The notes under the pieces: generated by a model
Seen by the model: only the letters and a program-made list of their open reading frames with translations
The model's database searches: none
Told to the model about the DNA's origin: nothing
Shown here: positions 58,791 through 64,000 of the stretch, in pieces
Numbering within the stretch: the first letter of the stretch is position 1
How the letters are laid out: the number at the start of each line of letters is the position of its first letter
Assembly (NCBI GenBank): GCA_951406725.2
Contig: OX597823.1
Coordinates: 2,790,001 to 2,854,000 of the forward strand
Source of the DNA: Octopus vulgaris
Lineage: Eukaryota
Reading direction: 5' to 3'
Length of the DNA stretch: 64,000 bases
Translations under genes and position numbers: made by a program

Positions 58791-59156
58791 TACAGAGAAT
58801 ATTAATGTACAGTATTGAGAGTGACACTGTCGTTTGACGTTTAAAGATGTTTCATAGCATTAGCTAATATGTAGGTGAGGATTAAGACTGCTGAGAGCAA
58901 CAAATATTTAGTGAATAAACACTTAAGCTTTAATCCATTCAATGAGGGGATGGTAGCACAAGCTTACATTGTTTCAACAGATCTACCGAAATAGTGATAA
59001 ATATGGAAAATCTCTGCTCTGACAGTTAGGTATCAACTGGCTTGTTGAGGTTGTTGAGACTGAGAATTTTAAACAAAACCGAAAGACTCTCAAACTAAAA
59101 TATACACAAAAGCAATTGTTAAACAAAACTAATAAAATTATTCTAGAAACACTTAC

Positions 59157-59252
59157 AGGATTTTCTTGTCTTTTGTCTTGCTGCAGTTGTATTGCAATTG
59201 GTGTCAAATCGTCGTTTGAATTCAGCATAAATAATGCAATGGGAGCACACAT
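59157..59252 (-). CDS. Lipoxygenase window exon 2
   Basis: TTTCAG/GTAAGT boundaries, 96 nt; MCAPIALFMLNSNDDLTPIAIQLQQDKRQENP (PIAIQL motif). Confidence 0.93.
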
Positions 59253-59489
59253 CTGAAATATATATACATGCATATACATACATATGCATACATAACCAGA
59301 AAGCAGAAAGCTGATTCGAAGACTACAGATCCAATCCATCACTGGAACTGTAAACATCTGTAAAACTTTCAAGAAGTTTATCATTTAAATATATATGAGC
59401 ATATATATGCATGAGAATACGTACATAAAACAAAATACACAGATCTTCACATGTACATACAAACAAAAATACCCAGTTGATGGGTAAAT

Positions 59490-59705
59490 ACCCACCATTT
59501 GTCCGTGGCCGTTTGCCAGCCCCGTCTGGGACCTGTGCAGGTGGCACGTAAAAAGCACCCACTACACTCACGGAGTGGTTGGCGTTAGGAAGGGCATCCA
59601 GCCGTAGAAACACTGCCAGATCAGACTGGGCCTGATGCAGCCTTCTGGCTTCCCAGACCCCAGTTGAACCGTCCAACCCATGCTAGCATGGGAAGCGGAC
59701 GCTAA

Positions 59706-59741
<36 letters not shown>

Positions 59742-59742
59742 T
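59490..59742 (+). mobile_element. SINE 3' part with V-domain-like block and (TGA)n tail
   Basis: GGCGTTAGGAAGGGCATCCAGCCGTAGAAAC resembles the V-SINE conserved domain; (TGA)n tail at 59707-59742. Confidence 0.65.
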
Positions 59743-59859
59743 TGAAATTCCAATGAAGGTGTCTTGGATCTGGGTTAGAAACCAGCTCTTTCTCTATTGC
59801 CAAGAAATCTTGAAATATTATCTACATACACACACTCACACACACACACATGTTAATGT

Positions 59860-60222
59860 TTTTACTTGTTTTAGTCATTAGACTGCGGCCATGCTGGGGC
59901 ACCACTTTGGAGAATTTTTAGTCGAATGAATCGACACCAGAACTTGTTTTAAAGCCTGGTATTTATTCTATCAGTCAGTTTTACTGAACCGCTAAGTTAC
60001 AGGGATACAAACACACCAACATCGATTTTCAAGCAGTTGCGGGGGACAAACACTGTCACAAAGACACACACACACACATGCATATAAGACGAGCTTCTTT
60101 CAGTTTCCATCTCTCATCTCCGCACAGAAAACTCTGGTTGGCCAGAGGCTATAATAGAAGACACTTGCCCAAGGTGCCATGGCGCCACACTGTAGGACTG
60201 AACCTAGAGCCATTTGACTGGG
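59860..60222 (-). mobile_element. Decayed tRNA/CORE-like SINE with CR1-like tail
   Basis: GACTGCGGCCATGCTGGGGCACC...GAACCGCTAAGTTAC...ACACTTGCCCAAGGTGCC. Confidence 0.8.
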
Positions 60223-60884
60223 AACGACTACTACTGTTATGCTTGACACTCCACGTAGATTACCATAATCCACTTTACTTCCTGTATAGTCATTAAGTAA
60301 CTTCTATACCGGGTACTATTACTAGTTATGACCCACAGGGCAAATGTAGATGAAATAAGGATAAACACAAGTTTATATTAGGGTTCCTCTTCGCGTTTGA
60401 CCATTATGGTTGATTGAAACCCAGAAGTAAATGTTCCAAATGCTTTTTAAATGACCAACCACAACAAATTACCAGGGACCGTTTTACTGTGTTTAGTTAG
60501 AGATAACTATGTGAAAAGTTGGAAAGATGACGAGGCATTTTATACTCGTTTTGGAATACAATGGGATGAGAAGGAAGTGTACAAGGTACAGCAGAAAATG
60601 GGTGAGAGATAGAAAAAATAACTAGAGTAATAAAAAGAGAAAAAAGAAAAGAAAGGAAAAACAGAAGGAAATAAAGAAAGAAGTAAAGAGGAAATTAGGA
60701 AGAGAGAAAAAGGAAAGAGAGAGAGAGAGAGTAAGAAGAGAATGATTTGCACAGTTGAAGCAGAAATTAATAAAATATAAGGTATATAATATGTATAAAA
60801 AACGAAAAACATAGAATATAAATTTACGGAGATGTACTTGCATAGCAAGTGACCTGATCTGAGAGTGTGTGCTGAAATAAAAAT

Positions 60885-61127
60885 AATTGCAGAGTGGAAG
60901 GCGTTTATGAGCCATTTAAAAACACACAAAAACCGTTAGATTCACTTCAACATTTAAATTAAATTTGTCAAAATATTTTTGTCGCTTTGAGACCGTGTCC
61001 TGTTCACTGACAAAATCCCGTGATGCAGCACGAAAATATTTTGACAAATTAAATTTAAATGTTGAAGTGAATCCAACGAATTTTGTGTGTTTTTAAATGG
61101 CTTATAAACACCTCCCACACTGTAATT
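60885..61127. repeat. Foldback element with ~95-bp inverted arms
   Basis: 60885-60980 is the near reverse complement of 61033-61127 (GATTCACTTCAACATTTAAATT / AATTTAAATGTTGAAGTGAATC). Confidence 0.85.
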
Positions 61128-61441
61128 GATTAAATATATTAAATAAATTAATGGAGAAATAGATAAAGATAGTTAAGAGAGAAAGGAGACAGAGACGAAT
61201 GTAGAGTGAAGGGGAGGGCAGGCGAAAGATCGGGTAGAGGGGAGTGAAAGATAAATGAAAGGGAGTCAACTATCTGTGAGTCATTAGTACTTAGGCTGAG
61301 GATGAATAGAAACATGAATCCACAAACGATAAGAATTCAAAGGCTATTTTTAGAACGATGCATATTTTTTCATAGCTGGGTAGATATATTATGTGCATGT
61401 ATGCTTGTGTGCATGTGCATCTTTGTATCTAAGTGTATGTG

Positions 61442-61536
<95 letters not shown>

Positions 61537-61541
61537 CTTAC

Positions 61542-61674
61542 ATCATATTCTTTTCTGTGTATAACACCATCCAAAATTTTTAAATCTGTGTAAAACAGAC
61601 GTTTCTTTTTAATCAATCCTTCCAGTGTTTCTCCTTTCAGAACTGGTTCCATCTTCGCTTCATACACACCAAGT
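61542..61674 (-). CDS. Lipoxygenase window exon 1 (internal exon)
   Basis: TCGTAG/GTAAGT boundaries, 133 nt; LGVYEAKMEPVLKGETLEGLIKKKRLFYTDLKILDGVIHRKEYD. Confidence 0.9.
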
Positions 61675-62239
61675 CTACGAGAAAAAGTTTAAAAGCACTC
61701 AAAACGATCAGTGGTAATCAATGGTCGTCTACATTAGAAAAAAACTATTGAGTTGGGTTGATAGATTTTAGATAAATTCATTTGTTTTAGAGAGAAGGAA
61801 TATGTTTTAGATATTAAGGGAACAAATTATTTTATTCATTTAGAAGTAGAAAGAAAACTTAATTAGATCAGCATTCATTCACATTCACTGACCACTAATG
61901 ATCAGATGAATATCATACCATATAAAGTAAATGGACATATTTAAAAGAAATCTAAAGAAAGGAGAAATATCGTTTCAATTTGAGTAATGAGACCAGCCCA
62001 TAGCAATACAGTTTTATAATTTTTTTGAACATTACAAGTTTGTATTAACTGAGACGAGTAAATTGAAATTCTAATGATTTTGTCCCAATTCACCAGAAAA
62101 GAAAAGGAAAAGAAAAAATCTAAAACTTTGAGGTTTTGGGCAAATTTGTCAAAATCTAACTAATGTAAAATGTAACTAAAATTAACTTTACTGCACTTTT
62201 AACTCTGTGATTTCTAATTAAAACCTTTATTTGGAAAAT

Positions 62240-63560
62240 ACTTGAATACTTTTCTAAACGACTGTGCTCACTTTACTGTTAATTTGCTTGCGCTATTCAA
62301 TAACCTGCAATTAGAGGTAAGAAAATGGAATATTTCTTCCAAGCAGAGATCACATTTCGAATTCCCAACAGTAGACGGCGAAGTGCTATTAATATTTGTC
62401 CACTTAATATCATATATATCACCCCTATTCTTTAAAATCCAGATGAATCCACTCAAACTTAAAATTCATTTTCCCCCCATTTTTGAACGAAGAAAGGTGG
62501 TTGCGTAAACTTTGTTTAAAATAAGCAGAACAAGAACATATGTAATAATCAGAAGTGCCATCAGTTGTTACTATACATCTAAAAACTAAGCATTTTTATG
62601 AGACATTGCCTTCAAGTGGACATACTAATTTGTTCTTATAGTTACGATAATGCTTATTAGTACTAACTTATGCTTGCTACCGGTAGAAATATCATGTACC
62701 CCATCTATAATGTTACGTATCACTTTATGGTTATTATCAGTTTCGCTATAGATTGAAGTAGATGTATCATTGCTTTTCCTTACTCAGCTCATTTAATTCA
62801 GATGAGTGTAGTTTGGGCTCAGCTGCCTCCTTTATACTATCTTCTGTAGTTCTTTAGTGTTTTCGCTACTACTGCTAACTAAATAGTTCATTATCCCACT
62901 AGAATCATTCATATTATGTTCCACCTTATCCGTATAGTTATTATTATTACTAGTTATATTACTAATATTTATATTGGTTTTATTATTTGTGCTTACTAGG
63001 TTCCTATTAGTTAATTCTCTAACTCTAAAAATTGTACGCTACAATAATTTGGGCTAGGTTCGTACTTGTATTAAAAGCAAATCTAATCGTGTGCCGATTG
63101 AAAATCTGACTCTATTTGTTAGATGGTGGAAACTTAATGCAGCGAAAAATTTTGCAGGTATATTTGCGACTATCTGAGTTCCGAAGACTGCATTATAATA
63201 TAATATATGTGTCTAGATCTGGCTTTTCTTTTAGTGGGTAGGGGTCACAGTTTTTGTTAACAACTTCATTTTTATATCTGTTGTATGTTTTCAAAATAAA
63301 TCTATTACTACATTTAGTACGGGATTTACTTAAAATAACATCGTTATCCATTATTCTTATTATTGTGGTGTTTGGCACGATGATGGACATTTCATTATCT
63401 TTGTAGAGCTTTTTGTTTTATGCTCACTTATTTACTTATATCTGCTGGGTTCATAATATTAACCTTATTCAAATTTTATTAAGTCATTCTATGTTTAAGT
63501 GATATTAGAACTATAGCCACAGCGTATTTCAAAGCAAACTTTATTGGCATGTACCCTGAG
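62240..63560 (-). mobile_element. Highly decayed Penelope-like (GIY-YIG) remnant
   Basis: VCPLEGN...LVFRCIV, YDIKW, KCDLCLEE...LLN motifs across broken minus-strand frames at ~62270-62645; upper boundary uncertain. Confidence 0.55.
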
Positions 63561-64000
63561 TATTTTATGATCATTCACCTAGAATATACTTTAAGAAGGA
63601 CTTCCAAAAACTTGAATCCTCAATTCGTTTCATCCAGCCAAACTGAACAAAGCTGCATAGGAATGTCTGCCTCCGATGAATGTGTAACGCAAGTGAATCA
63701 ACTGAATGCTCATAAATGCTAGATCAAGGGATACTAGGACAGTTATCCAGCAGAAACACGTGTTGGATTGGTATTTGCTGAGAATAACACTTTAATAAAT
63801 AGATTTTGAAGATGTATAATTCTCCATTCTTCTTTATGATGTCTTCTTGATTATATATGTGTGTATACAGAACGGGTCTCCAAGCAGTTCGTGCCTATTA
63901 AATTCCACTTAGAGAACTACGTTAAGTGACACATGCTCTAGAACCACGCGATTGCCGCTGCCAGTTCTAATAAACCCACTTTTTCTGCTTCTTTACATAC

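Noticed and set aside
63670-63770. CCGATGA...GAAACACGTGTT hammerhead-like motif on the plus strand
   Set aside because: Stem III is palindromic, but stems I and II cannot be paired convincingly by eye. Too degraded to call.
61675-64000. Next upstream lipoxygenase exon (expected W..D..F..Q...G.NP motif)
   Set aside because: No such exon was found by eye. The region is mostly Penelope-like remnant, so the exon probably lies outside the window.

Overview
AT-rich eukaryotic genomic DNA, full of microsatellites and transposons. The SINE and LINE repertoire and the (TA)n/(TATG)n/(TAA)n density point to an octopus or other coleoid cephalopod (inference). One host gene can be rebuilt by hand: 11 minus-strand GT-AG exons between 61674 and 21824 encode the C-terminal ~415 aa catalytic domain of a lipoxygenase (WTLAKMW, HQSVVH-MGLTH, HPLFKILAPH, YYFRDD, HAAVD, C-terminal PNSIAI). 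Its 5' exons were not found and probably lie beyond the window. The enzyme has unusual active-site residues (Asp at the HxxxN iron-ligand position, Ala at the Coffa position), and the penultimate exon carries a +1 frameshift that a cryptic acceptor could bypass. The rest is repeats: CR1-type LINEs (one nearly intact), a ~5 kb tandem duplication, stacked Dong/R4 LINE fragments in (TAA)n tracts, two Gypsy LTR elements, a probable solo LTR, Penelope-like remnants, Chapaev3 and mariner remnants, an RTE fragment with C2H2 fingers, and tRNA-derived SINEs. An intronic 243-bp inverted repeat carries a mirror pair of minimal hammerhead-ribozyme motifs with a variant core. All calls are by eye, without database searches. 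Repeat boundaries are approximate unless termini are quoted.
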